Source: Octopus sinensis
Lineage: Eukaryota
DNA: 41,668 nt
Assembly (NCBI RefSeq): GCF_006345805.1
Contig: NW_021832608.1
Span: 1 to 41,668, forward strand
Direction: 5' to 3'
Shown: positions 11,647-23,066 of the stretch, piece by piece
How positions within the stretch are numbered: position 1 is the first letter of the stretch
Layout: each line of letters starts with the position of its first letter
The notes under the pieces: model-generated
What the model was told of the DNA's origin: nothing
Seen by the model: the letters and a program-made list of their open reading frames with translations, nothing else
Database searches by the model: none
Position numbers and translations under genes: made by a program

Positions 11647-12351
11647 CACTTTGAAAAAGAAAAAGAAAACTTTAGTAGAAAATTAGCATTAGCTACGACA
11701 ACGTTACCCAACTATTAAATCTTATATTTTTCAAACTCATGCTAGGATGGAAAAATGAACGTAGGTATGAGACTTATTTTTACACATGTATTGATGCATA
11801 TAAAACATGAAATTATGTTGTCTACATACTTAAATACTTGCAATTAATTCATTGTAAGAACATAGAATTTTGACAGGTTTTCTTGAGTTGTTGCTCATCT
11901 ACAATAATCTGATAAATTTGAGGTTATTGTTGGTTGCATAAGATTGTCATTGAATTTTCTCTCGACAGAAATATCTAATCATTTTATCCATACTAGCATG
12001 GGTTGTGTGTGTCATGTTGATATCTGTTTCAGTTTAATTCCCTCTGCAATAGTTTCTTTTTTTGTGTTTATGCAATATGGTACTCTCATAAAATACAGTT
12101 GTCTCTTGCCTTACACAGTATTCTGTTTCTTAGTTCACTTTTGCACAATTTTGCTCATTTTCCTCTATTTGTTTTTTTTGTTTTTACAAATATAGAAGTA
12201 GTACTTGCTTCAGTTTCTCATTATATTGTTAAATATTTTTGAATTTGAAATATTAAAATTGATTTCACTGGAAATGAAAATTCAATGTATAAAATTAACT
12301 TTAAACTAGATGTTCAGCATCAAATGCAAAAATTTTACAAAAAGAATTGTC

Positions 12352-12515
12352 CTCATCATCATCATCATCATTTAATGTCCATTTTCTATGCTGGCTTGGG
12401 TTGGACAGTTTCATCAGGGCTGTAAGCTGAGGGTCTGCAGCAGACTCCAGTCTTGATTTGTCATTGTTTCTATGGCTGGATGCCCTTCTTAACATCAAGC
12501 ACTCCATGAGTGTTG
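12352..12515 (-). mobile_element. SINE with RTE-derived 3' tail ending in (GAT)n
   Basis: The minus strand reads ..AAGAAGGGCATCCAGCC.TAGAAAC..GTCCAACCCAAGCCAGCATAGAAAATGGACATTAAATGATGATGATG. Confidence 0.7.
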
Positions 12516-12599
12516 TGGGCAGGGGTTGTGAAAAAATTAATTGATGGGAAATTAATTACAATATATTGTCTTCTAAGGCACGGCATGTCATGAAAGGTG

Positions 12600-13217
12600 T
12601 CAGTCATTAGTCATTGCCTTTATAAGTTCCAACAGTCAAAGATCATGCATTACCACCTTGTCCAATGCCTTCTTATGTCTACTTCTTCTGCCATGTAGCA
12701 TAGTTGTCTGCACAGGTATAATAAATCTGGCTTTCACTCTGAAGGAGAGACCCTTAGTTACTAAACAGAGGAAGGAGCTCTCTGAATTTGCTCAGCCTAT
12801 TTTTATTCTTGCAGCCTCACTCTTGGTTCATCCACCTCTGCTACTGACTTTGTTGCTCAACAATCTTTATCGTACTCCTCTGGTATTTGATGAAGCCCAT
12901 TTTCTGTACACTTTTAGTGTTTACTGTACATGTGCACCTTCCACATGCAAAAAATATTTTCCCAGTTTACCTTCCTCTGATATTGCTACACCTATTATGT
13001 GTTATACAGAGTACATCTACCTACCTGTTTCCTTCATATTGAGGATGGCCATGTACCTGAAGGGCTTTACGATTTATCTGTTTTCCTACTTACTAAGACT
13101 TTGTGTTAGGGTTGGGTAGGTTAATTCTGTGACCTTTCAATTCTAGACCTTGCTTCCGTACGCACAATTTGTTCTCTAGTTCTGGTAGTGATTTAGCTAT
13201 AAGAAGAAGCTCATTAG
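12600..13217 (-). mobile_element. RTE LINE reverse transcriptase, distal half (downstream of the Gypsy insertion)
   Basis: (D)ELLLIAKSLPELENKLCVRKQGLELKGHRINL..SRGG..ARIKIG....LVTKGLSFRVKAR..MLHG, matching RTE DDL.LIAES..EL..K...WK.GLE.KGLRVN..ARIRIGW. Confidence 0.8.
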
Positions 13218-13405
13218 TAAATAAGTGTGAAAACTCTTTGCTTTCACAAACACTTTATGTACACTGATTGAAGCAATGAAAAAGAAGGTCCTCGGTATAC
13301 ATGAAACGTGAAGGAAAATATTTGGATAATGAAACTAATAATGTATGGCTAATTGAATGTAATGTAATAAATGATAATATATGAGTGTTCAGTTGTCATC
13401 CTCTA
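13218..13405 (-). repeat. 3' LTR of the Gypsy element (~188 bp)
   Basis: Direct repeat of 14973-15156, roughly 80% identical by eye. On the minus strand it is preceded by a polypurine tract (plus-strand tgccctcccc, 13406-13415). Confidence 0.8.
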
Positions 13406-14972
13406 TGCCCTCCCCAATTCCTTTGAGAGAAGCAAAGAAGACTAATAATATGTATTAAATGATTAACGAAAATAATAATTAGTGCAAGAGACCCTTAATC
13501 AATATTGACGGTGTGACGATCAAGGAGCAACGTGTCAGTTGTGCATCAGGCTTTTGTGTCAGTCTTTGCGAGTCTGGCAGAGCGACAAACAGGACAATTG
13601 CTGGATGGAGGATAAACTGCATCAGGCAAGGGTCACTTTTGGAAAGCAGGGGTTCAAGGGGTGTTGGGGTATGACCACTTGTGGTAAAGGTGGGGTAAGT
13701 TGGCGTGGCTCTGTGGGTAGGCGGTGAGATGCTTTCTGGTCATGGTAATTTTGGAATCGGGAAGTGGGCATTGGTGTTGCAGCTGCATGAGGTGCTGTTA
13801 AAGTCGGTTGAGAAGGTAGTCTCATCACTGGTGTTGGCGTAGGGAACGCATGTGGTCCAGACACCATGAGCAGTGGGCCATGGGGAAGAAGCAGTAGATA
13901 CTTCCAGAGGAATTTTGTTGCACAGTGTGACTTGGCCTGATCCATCCACTCTCAACATGTACAGATCGAAATGACGTACATCTAAATGGCACCAGTTTTC
14001 CCCCCATTTGTAGGATTGGGTCAAACTTGGCTCTGGATTAGGACATAGTTCGAAAGAAGTGAGCATGTGTGTTTTGACAACCGTTCAGTAGCACTCATGT
14101 TGTGTTTACGCAGGTCTTCTTTTCAATAAGTCATAGTTTCATGCCATGTGGAATGTAGCTTGTACTTGCCGGGATGGATGGGAATAAAGTATTGTATAGG
14201 GCTGCCAAAGATGCACATGGCTGGGGACAAGTGTGTGTCCCAGTCAGGTGTATTTCTTTATTGTAGCATTGTGCACTGGAAACTGTCAGTGTTAAGGAAG
14301 CCATTGGTGTCAGTGTTGTCTGTAACGAGGCCTTTATTGTCTCAATACCGACTTTGGCGCGGCAGTTGTCATGGGGAAATGCAATGGCGGTGATTCTCCC
14401 CAATTGTGGAAGAAGGTACAATGTCAGCTCATAGCTGATAGGGCAGTGTTAAGTGCCTGTGCGCCATTCGATGCTCCTTTAAGATGGTTTTCCAGACCTG
14501 TTAGGACATACCACCATTGTCTGTCACCAATTGACAGATGTACCAATGGGATAGGCTTGATAACTCCAAGTGGAACATTCCGGTCGAGACCTGCTTTTAC
14601 TTCCTCTTGCCAATGAACCAGGACTGGTATGGGCGTATGGTGGGCGACTGGTTTAGCATTAAGCGGATCGGTTGGTCAGACATCTTGGAGAATTGCCGAT
14701 GGTTGCAGACGTTGAATGTGCTGGAGCTGTAGTATTGTAGCAGCTACTTCCTCAGGCGACAACGTTTTTCCTCAGTGGCTGGGAATGGTAGTGTAGTTGG
14801 AGGAGGGGGTTGTATTTGTTGTAGGTGGCAGGTGCATACATTCTGTGTCATTGTTGCAGATGATCGATGAGGCTTGTCAGTACTCTCTCCCATGGATTGT
14901 TTACAGGCCAACTCATGGCACAATCAGGTGCAGGACAGGGTACGTTGGTCATACTGACTCGCTTTTTTGTCA

Positions 14973-15156
14973 TAAATAAGTCTGACAACTGTTTGCTTTC
15001 ACCAATATTTTATGCAGTCTGAAGCAATGAGTAAAGGGTCTTCAGTATACCTGAAATGTGAAGGGAAAGATGATGGATAATAAAATGAATAATATATGGC
15101 GAATTGAATGTAATGTAATAAATTGTAATATATGTGTGTTTAGTTGTAATCCTGTA
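14973..15156 (-). repeat. 5' LTR of the Gypsy element (~184 bp)
   Basis: Direct repeat of 13218-13405. On the minus strand it is followed by a degenerate PBS-like TGACAAAAAAGCGAG and the gag ATG. Confidence 0.8.
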
Positions 15157-15420
15157 ATCAGCATAGAGGAGTTGCTAGGGTCTGCCTGTTTTATATTTAT
15201 CTGTTATTACCTGAATGATTATGATACCAACAAAAGTCAAGTACATAGGTTTATACTTGGTTAGGTACTTCTCTGGGGTTTCTTACCAGAAATATATCAT
15301 GACTGGTGTTTCTTCCTGATACAAAACCAAATTGCATCTCATCTAGATTAAGTCTTTTCCTAATAAGTTGGGCTATGATCCTCTCCGTGATTTTCATCAT
15401 CTGAAGAAATTAGTGCCAGT
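15157..15420 (-). mobile_element. RTE LINE reverse transcriptase, proximal half (upstream of the Gypsy insertion)
   Basis: MKITERIIAQLIRKRLNLDEMQFGFVSGRNT..IFLVR, then QVITDKYKTGRP*QLLYAD ending exactly at the LTR edge. Confidence 0.8.
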
Positions 15421-15519
15421 GCAAGCACTTTATTTTTAAAGCACACATCAGGCATATGTTAACATATTAGCAATGAGAAAGCGCTCTAATCGATGTCTAC
15501 CTATATACATACATATATG

Positions 15520-15795
15520 CAGGGTAGCCATGTACTTTCTCTACAGCGACACACCTCTGCCTGTCTCTCTATCATACTACAGGTTAGGATGAAGCCACCT
15601 CTCTCACTACTAGCAGTCCACTCATCCTTGAAATTTACTTTTTAATTTTACTAGTGTCAGTGTTACCAAAACTTTTCTCAGACATAGAAACCATGTGAAA
15701 ACAGACATTAGATGTACGTGTAGTAATTCATCTCAGATAGTGTGAAATAGTCCAACCCATGACAACATGAAAAACGAATGTTAAATGATGATGAC
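15520..15795 (+). mobile_element. Degenerate SINE with RTE-like tail
   Basis: Ends ..AGAAACCATG..GTCCAACCCATGACAACATGAAAACGAATGTTAAATGATGATGA, the same tail as 12352-12515. Confidence 0.6.
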
Positions 15796-16229
15796 ACACA
15801 TACACGTTAATTGTTTCTTATATTAATTTCAATAATTAATTTGTTTCTATTTATAATAAAAAAACAATTGATTTCGCATCAGAATGATTAGTTTGATGAC
15901 TTGTGGAAGCAATGTACTGTGTAAATGTAAGGACAACTGTATTTATTAAACAAGTGTATATCATGATTCGACACAGATAAAACTTGACTTTCAAATGTTG
16001 GTTGATATTTTGCTTGTTGTTTGCATATCATGCCTTGTATTATAGATCCCAAATGGCCAAAGGTAAGTGGTCTTTCTTATTTTGGTGTGGGTTTACTGTT
16101 AGGATTGGTTTTCAGAGTTTAGTCTATATTAGGGTCAGCTTGAGGATTTGTGAAGGGTTTTTAGAGAGAATAGTCAAGTAAGAGATCAAAGTTTGAACTA
16201 GAGGTTGGGATTTTGGGTGATGAGGAGAG

Positions 16230-16760
16230 TAGAGATTGAACAGGTTTATTTATAGTGTTGATGACTGTTTTATATCGGGTTTAGCATTGAAAAGCAGGGA
16301 TGGGGGCTGGGTGCTTGGATAAGATGCGGATGTCAGGTTGATCCAAGTTATCTCCATGGTGGTCTTTGGCATGTTGGTAGAGTATAGAAGACTGTTTTCT
16401 GTCGTCAAGTTGTCTTAAATGTTCATTTATCCGTTCCGCAATGCTCTTAGACGTCTCTTCTATGTACATCATGTTCATGTCCTTACAAGCACCTTCTATG
16501 CATCTTATATTGTAAACTACATTTCGAGTTCTACAGTTAATACCAGGGCTAATTCTACATGCCATGCAGTTATCAATTGTGCATATGGTATTCTTAAACG
16601 GGCATGTCCTTCATAATTGTGACCTGACGGAGTTCCTTGGCTTTTCAACAATTTTAATGTTGAGTTTGGTCTCTTTCAGAGCTTTTCTAAATCTACGGGC
16701 TAGTTCTCCATGGGCTCTGGCCTCTACTAATATCACTCCTTGAATTTTTACTGGTGAGTG
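16230..16760 (-). mobile_element. Penelope-like element remnant: linker plus GIY-YIG endonuclease
   Basis: HGELARRFRKALKETKLNIKIVEKPRNSVRSQL*RTCPF..CTIDNCMAC..INCRTRNVVYNIRC..C..MYIEETSKSIAERINEH..SILYQH..HH, matching the PLE GIY-YIG pattern (NVVY..C..C..YIGET.R....R..EH). Confidence 0.85.
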
Positions 16761-16849
16761 TGTATTTAATAATAAGGCACTAAAAGAGAAAGACTATCCC
16801 CAGACACAACAGAATATACACTGTTTTCGCTAATTACTCTTTCACTCAC

Positions 16850-17313
16850 TTTTGCTACTTTCAGTTATTTGACTGCGGCCATGTTGGAGCACCGCCTTCA
16901 GTCAAAGAAATAGAGCCCAGGACCTATTCTCTTTTGCCGAACCGTTCAGTTACGGGTGCGTGAAAACAGCAGCATCGTTTGTCAAGCACTGTTCGATGGA
17001 TAAGAGGCATACAAACGATATATATATATATGTATATGTATATATATATATATGTATGTATGTATATATATATATGTATGTATATATATATATATATGTA
17101 TGTATGTATATATATATATATATATATGATATATATATATGTATACACACGATGGGCTTCATTTAGTTTCCGTCTACGAAATCTATTCACAAGGCTTTGG
17201 TCACCCCGAGGCTATAGTTGAAGACACTTGTCCAAGGTTCCACGCAGTGGGACTGAACCCAGAACACAGTGGTTCGTAAGCAAGCTACTTATCACAAAGC
17301 CGCTCCTACGCCT
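16850..17313 (-). mobile_element. Composite SINE: tRNA-derived head (17150-17313), (TA/TATG)n tract, second-family tail (16850-16990)
   Basis: Minus-strand head AGGCGTAGGAGCGGCTTTGTGATAAGTAGCTTGC..GGGTTCAGTCCC (A- and B-box-like). The tail is the reverse complement of ..AAGGCGGTGCTCCAACATGGCCGCAGTCAAAT. Confidence 0.8.
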
Positions 17314-17317
17314 AGCA

Positions 17318-17359
<42 letters not shown>

Positions 17360-17859
17360 CTATTTATAAAACTGAAATGCGAAAAGTTTGTTTGTTTGTT
17401 TGTCTGGAACGGTTTAAAGACCACTACATCCCGTCGGATTGACTCCAAAATTTCGTTCGTGATCAATCATTCTCACAGAAATGCGTGCACAAACAGACAC
17501 AGAATGTCATGGTTTAAAGGTCAACATGTTTAAAACATAAATAGCTACGAGTTTGTGTATATGCATGTATCTATGTGCATGAGTGCGGACGTGTTTTCAG
17601 AATGTCTCAGTTTTAAAGTCAACATATTTAAAACATAAATAGGTACGAGATTGCGTCTTTGCATGTATCTATATTCGTGGGTGTGGACGTGTGAGTGTTT
17701 GTGCGTGTGTGAGCACAGTCCACCTATACCCAAGCTGGTTGCATCGTCTCATAAGAAACAGCCGTGAAAGTTCCGGACCACATTAATGAACGCATTTGCA
17801 TACAAACAATTAGGGTTCGACTTGAACTTGTCCGGTTAACAAACAGTAGTGTCTGAATG

Positions 17860-18185
17860 GGAATTAGCTTGCTTACCTAACAAATGTTTCCGAGTTCAGT
17901 CCCACTGGGTGGCATGTTGGGCAAATGTCTTCTACTATAGTCTCGGGACGACCAAAGCCTTGTGAGTGGATTTGGGAGACGGAAACTAAAAAAAGACTGT
18001 CGTATGTATATGTATATATATATATATGTAGCAGTAAGAGTGGCTATGTAGCTTGCTTTCCAAACACGGTGTTTCTGGTTCAGTCCAACTGCGTGGCCCC
18101 ATGGGCAAGTGTCTTCCAATATAGCCTCAGACAGACCAACGTTTCTGAGTAGATTTTGTACACCGAAACAGAAAGTAGCCCGTGG
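17860..18185 (+). mobile_element. Two tandem tRNA-derived SINE copies separated by (TA)n
   Basis: Both have B-box-like GAGTTCAGTCCC / GGTTCAGTCC and the shared body GGGCAA.TGTCTTC.A.TATAG..CG..GACC. The pair is duplicated at 20295-20640. Confidence 0.75.
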
Positions 18186-18194
18186 TATATAGAT

Positions 18195-18247
<53 letters not shown>

Positions 18248-18316
18248 GGAGTAAACACATAAATGTGAAACAAGGTGGAAAAAAGAGTACTGAATTTTCT
18301 GCTGCTTAAAATAAAG

Positions 18317-18390
<74 letters not shown>

Positions 18391-18531
18391 CATAGGTATA
18401 TATTGATAGATATATGTATATACATATAGATATTTAAACATATATGGGATGGCCATAATGGGACATCCGACTCACTAGAGAGAGCAGTTATCTTGCTCAT
18501 TATAATTTATTAAAAGTAATATAATTATATG

Positions 18532-18666
18532 TAAGGAAAGTAACTCTGGAAGATGTTATCTAGTTATCTCCCTTCCAAGAGTTAATTTCCCTTCATATTT
18601 TTTTATTGTTAAATTATAATATTCAAGAGAAGTAACTGTAGAAGATACTTTGTAGTTATCTCCCTT
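18532..18666. repeat. Pair of ~42-bp imperfect inverted-repeat motifs (AAGGGAAGTAACT-N14-17-AGTTATCTCCCTT), recurring about 12 times in 18.5-30.8 kb
   Basis: Copies at ~18532, 18625, 20802, 20894, 22518, 25124, 25227, 25738 (inverted), 28782, 28877, 30637, 30727. Confidence 0.85.
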
Positions 18667-19283
18667 AAGTATGTAGTTATCGTAATATACACTTTGTCGC
18701 TCTTAGACTATTTCAGTTATTTCACTGTGACCATGGTGGAGCACCGCCTTTAGTGAAGCAAATCAACCCCAGGAATTATTCTTTGTATGCCTATTACTTA
18801 ATGCATAGGTCTCTTTTGCAGAACCGAAAAGTTACGGGGACGTAATGTTCGATATACTGATTTAGTAGGTATTTATTTATTGTAAGAACTTCAATTATCA
18901 TAAATTATGGGCTAGGAAAAATACTAGAAACTTTTTTGATATACCTATTGGGGCTCCTTGTGTGTGTGGGACTGTTTTTATTTATGTGAGTGTGGGTATT
19001 TTAATTTCAGTGTTTGTGTGTGAGAGTGTTTTTATTTCTGCATGCGCGAGTGTGTGAGCGACTGAGTGTTTCTATTTGTTGTGTGTGTGCGACACTTACA
19101 ACTACAACAAACACTTTGACCATTTGTAAGATACCCACATTTGAGATCACTAAATACTAAATCAAAATAAGTTTAATTTATTGCACATTTATATATATAC
19201 ACGCACACACACACACACATGTATGTGTTTGTGTATTTTATATGTCGTATATATATATATGTATATATAATATTATATATATT

Positions 19284-19314
<31 letters not shown>

Positions 19315-19539
19315 TAATATATAATATATTATATTATATTTATATATATTTATATATATATATATATATATATACACATACAGATATACGTGAATATACC
19401 AACACGCGTATATGTAGTATCTAAAACAAAAAAGAAACTGTAAGGGATGGAATGGGGGTTCTTTCCGTTTTATTAAGAAAACTTGCATCTGTATGTGTGA
19501 TAGTACGTGCGTGCGTGCATTCTCGTGTGCCCTTCGAGT

Positions 19540-19577
<38 letters not shown>

Positions 19578-19589
19578 TTAAATATATGT

Positions 19590-19900
19590 ACGACGAGATT
19601 CTGTCAGTTTTGTTCCACTAAATCCCATCACAAGGATTAGCTAGGCCCTGGGCTACAATAGTAGACAATTGCAGAAGATGACAGGCAGTCGGAATGAACC
19701 CGAAACCATGTGGTTCGTAAGCAAACTACTTACAACATAGCCATTCATACGTCGATATTCATGTATACGACGGCTATTTCAGTTTCCCTCTACAAACTCC
19801 ACTCAGAAAACATTGGTCGGCCCTAGGCTATAGTCGAATACACTTGCCAAAGGTGCAACGCTGTTGGTTTGAACTCAGCACATTGCGGTTCGTGAGCAAT
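19590..19900 (-). mobile_element. Two degenerate tRNA-derived SINE copies
   Basis: Plus strand shows gaacccgaaaccatgtggttcgtaagcaaactactt and ttgaactcagcacattgcggttcg, reverse complements of the SINE head seen at 17150-17313. Confidence 0.65.
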
Positions 19901-20436
19901 CATTCTCGCTGAAATGCGAGCACAAACAGACACAGAATGTCACGGTTTAAAGGTCAACATGTTTAAAACATAAATAGCTACGAGTTTGCGTATATGGATG
20001 TATCTTTGTGCCTGGGTGCGGACGTGTGTTTCCAGAATGTCTCAGTTTTAAGGTCAACATATTTAAAACATAAATAGGTACGAGATTGCGTCTTTGCATG
20101 TATCTATATTCGTGGGTGTGGACGTGTGAGAGTTTGTGCGTGTGTGAGCACAGTCCACCTATACCCAAGCTGGTTGCATTGTCTCATAAGAACCAGCCAT
20201 GAAAGTTCCGGACCACATTAATGAACTCATTTGCATACAAACAATTAATTCTCGCCTTGAACTTGTCCGGTTACCAAACAGTAGTGTCTGAATGGGAATT
20301 AGCTTGCTTACCTAACAAATGTTTCCGTGTTCAGTCCCACTGGGTGGCATGTTGGGCAAATGTCTTCTACTATAGTCTCGGGACGATCAAAGCCTTGTGA
20401 GTGGATTTGGGAGACGGAAACTAAAAGAAGACTGTG

Positions 20437-20484
<48 letters not shown>

Positions 20485-20651
20485 GCAGTAAGAGTGGCTA
20501 TGTAGCTTGCTTTCCAAACACGGTGTTTCTGGTTCTGTCCAACTATGTGGTCCCATGGGCAAGTGTCTTCCAATATAGCCTCGGACAGACCAACGTTTCT
20601 GAGTAGATTTGGTACACTGAAACAGAAAGTAGCCCGTGGTATATAGATAGG

Positions 20652-20700
<49 letters not shown>

Positions 20701-22589
20701 ATATATATATCTATATATATATATTGCCATGTCTGAATAATATATTCGAAAGTTACTTCCTCTTGCTCATTATAATTTATTAAAAGTAATATAATTGTAT
20801 GTAAGGAAAGTAACTCTGGAAGATGTTATGTAGTTATCTCCCTTCCGCGAGTTAATCTCCCTTCATATTTTTTTATTGTTAAATTATAATATTCAAGGGA
20901 AGTAACTGTAGAAGATACTTTGTAGTTATCTCCCTTAGACTGTTTCAGTTATTTCACTGTGACCATTGTGGAGCACTGCCTTTAGTGAAGCAAATCAACC
21001 CCAGGAATTATTCTTTGTATGCCTATTACTTAATGTATAGGTCTCTTTTGCAGAACCGATAAGTTACGGGGACGTAATGTTCGATATACTGATTTAGTAG
21101 GTATTTATTCATTGTAAGAATTTCAATTATCATAAATTATGGGCTAGGAAAAATACTAGAAACTTTTTTGATATACCTATTGGGGCTCCTTGTGTGTGTG
21201 GGACTGTTTTTATTTATGTGAGTGTGGGTATTTTCATTTCAGTGTTTGTGTGTGAGAGTGTTTTTATTTCTGTGTGCGCGAGTGTGTGAGCGACTGAGTG
21301 TTTCTATTTGTTTGTGTGTGTGCGACACTTACAACTACAACAAACACTTTGACCATTTGTAAGATATCCACTTTTGAGATCACTAAATACTAAATCAAAA
21401 TAAGTTCAATTTATTGCACCTTTAGTGGCTTCAGATGTTGCTCATATTTTTCCCATGTGTCGTCAATGTATTAATTTCACAAGTGGATGACAGAAATTCT
21501 AATATAGGCGTGGAGGGAGCTGATATTCTAACTGCGAGTGCAAAGCACCCAATGCCCCTCTACATTCTGAATAAGTTGTATGTTTGTGCTAGTTACGGTT
21601 AGGGTTTTATGTGTGAGTGTGTAACTGCGTTTTCATTTCTGTGTGTGTGTGTGTGTGTGTTTGTGCGTATGTTAGTGTGTGAGAGTTTGGATGTGTTACC
21701 GTATTTTCCATTTGTATTTGTGTGTGTCTGTGTTTGTGCATGTGTAGGTATGTAACTGTTTTCATTTCTGTGTTTGTCCGCGTGTTTGAGTGTGTGAATA
21801 TGTATCTGTATTTTTATTTGTGTTTGTCTTTGTGTGTATGTGAGTGTTTTTGTGAGAATTTTTTTTTCAGTGTTTGTGTGCGTGGGACTTTTTATATGTG
21901 TGTGTGTTGCTATTTTCATTTAAGTGTCTGTGTTTGTGTGAATGTTTTTATTTTTGTGTGTACGTGTGTGTGAGCGACTGTGTTTTTATTCGTTTGTTTG
22001 TGCGACAATTACAGCTACAACAAACACTACTGTACCCCAAGGCCGACCTAATCCTTGTGATTGGATTTAGTGGAAGGAAACTGATAAAATACCATCGTAT
22101 ATATGTTTAAATGTGTGCGTGTGTGTGTGTGCGTTTGTTCGCACTCGAAGGGCACAACTTATTGAAAACATAAAATAGCTTTGCATGTATCTATGTGCAT
22201 GAGTGCGGAAGTGTGGGTATTTTGTGTGTGAGCACAGTCCACACATACCCAAGGTTGTCGCATCGGCTGTGACCCAACCGCGAAAGTCTGTTTTACCCAG
22301 ACATACACATACAGATATACGTGTATATACCCACGCACGTATATGTAGTGTCTAAAACAAAAAAGAAGCTAAGGGATGGAATGTGAGTTCTTTCCGTTTT
22401 ATTAAGAAAACTTGCATCTACATGTGTGATAGTACGTGAATGCATTCTCGTGTGCCCTTCGAGTGTCATTATTACTTTATTACAGATATTACAACATGAA
22501 ACGTATTATATGACGTTAGGGAAGTAACTCTAGGAGATATTTTCTGCTATCTCCCTAGTGAACATGGACTTTTCTCGTTATTTACTCTT

Positions 22590-22990
22590 TTACTCTCATT
22601 TGTTTCAGTCATTTGACTGTGGCCATGTTGGAGCACGACCTTTAGTCGAGCATACCGACCCCAGGACTTATTCATTGTAGGCCTAGTGCTTATTCTATCA
22701 GTCTCTTTCGCTGAACCTCTAAGTTATGGGGACGTAAACAGACTAATATCCGTTGTGTAGCAATGTTTGGGAACAAAGACACACACGCACACATAAACAT
22801 ATATATGACTGGAGTTTTCCAGTTTCCTTCCACCAAATCCAATCACAAGGCTTTGGTCGGCTCGGGGCTATAGTAGATTTTTCAAACGATGCTGGTGTGT
22901 TTTTCGCCCTGTATTTCAGCGGCTCGGCAGAAAAGAATAAGTTAGAATAAATACTAGGCTTAGAAAGAATAAGTGCTGCTGACGATGTGC
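22590..22990. mobile_element. Cluster of SINE fragments (tail, body, opposite-strand tail)
   Basis: tttgtttcagtcatttgactgtggccatgttggagcac..; ttccaccaaatccaatcacaaggctttggtcgg..; gctggtgtgtttttcgccctgtatttcagcggctcggcagaaaag. Confidence 0.65.
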
Positions 22991-23006
22991 TCGAAGAAGA
23001 TAGATT

Positions 23007-23042
<36 letters not shown>

Positions 23043-23066
23043 AAGATATATCAGATATATATAAAC

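Larger units (their letters stand above)
13218..15156 (-). mobile_element. Internally deleted Ty3/Gypsy LTR retrotransposon (~1.9 kb): LTR, gag start, RT N-terminus, integrase C-terminus, PPT, LTR
   Basis: Gag-like start MTNVPCPAPDC. RT region PPPPTTLPFPATEEN..SSTFNVC..HHTPIPVLVHWQEEVKAGLDRNVPLGVIKP. Integrase tail ..KW....DVRHFDLYMLRVDGSGQVTLCN. Purine tract GGGGAGGG adjacent to the left LTR. Flanking direct repeats, with candidate TSDs ATTAG (13213-13217) and ATCAG (15157-15161). Confidence 0.85.

Noticed and set aside
12658-13119. 153-aa plus-strand ORF as a membrane protein
   Set aside because: It is the antisense of the decayed RTE RT.
15868-15915. Penelope-associated hammerhead (minus-strand CTGATGCGAAA)
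   Set aside because: There is no stem II between the core halves and no flanking stems.
17150-17313. Functional tRNA genes
   Set aside because: A- and B-box-like motifs continue into SINE bodies, and no complete cloverleaf or acceptor stem is present.
17794-17801. Octamer ATTTGCAT upstream of the SINE (also ~20229, ~30146) as a snRNA-type promoter
   Set aside because: The copies are recent duplicates, so retention is uninformative, and no PSE, TATA or snRNA sequence is recognisable.
16924-20730. IY/YI/CV-rich ORFs
   Set aside because: They are translations of (TA)n and (CA)n microsatellites and SINE bodies.
21420-21575. Module E coding potential (YIDDTW RT-like, or GHWVL protease-like motif)
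   Set aside because: It has stops, and the duplicate at 31320-31475 reads YVVDTW, so the motif is not conserved. It cannot be assigned to a family.
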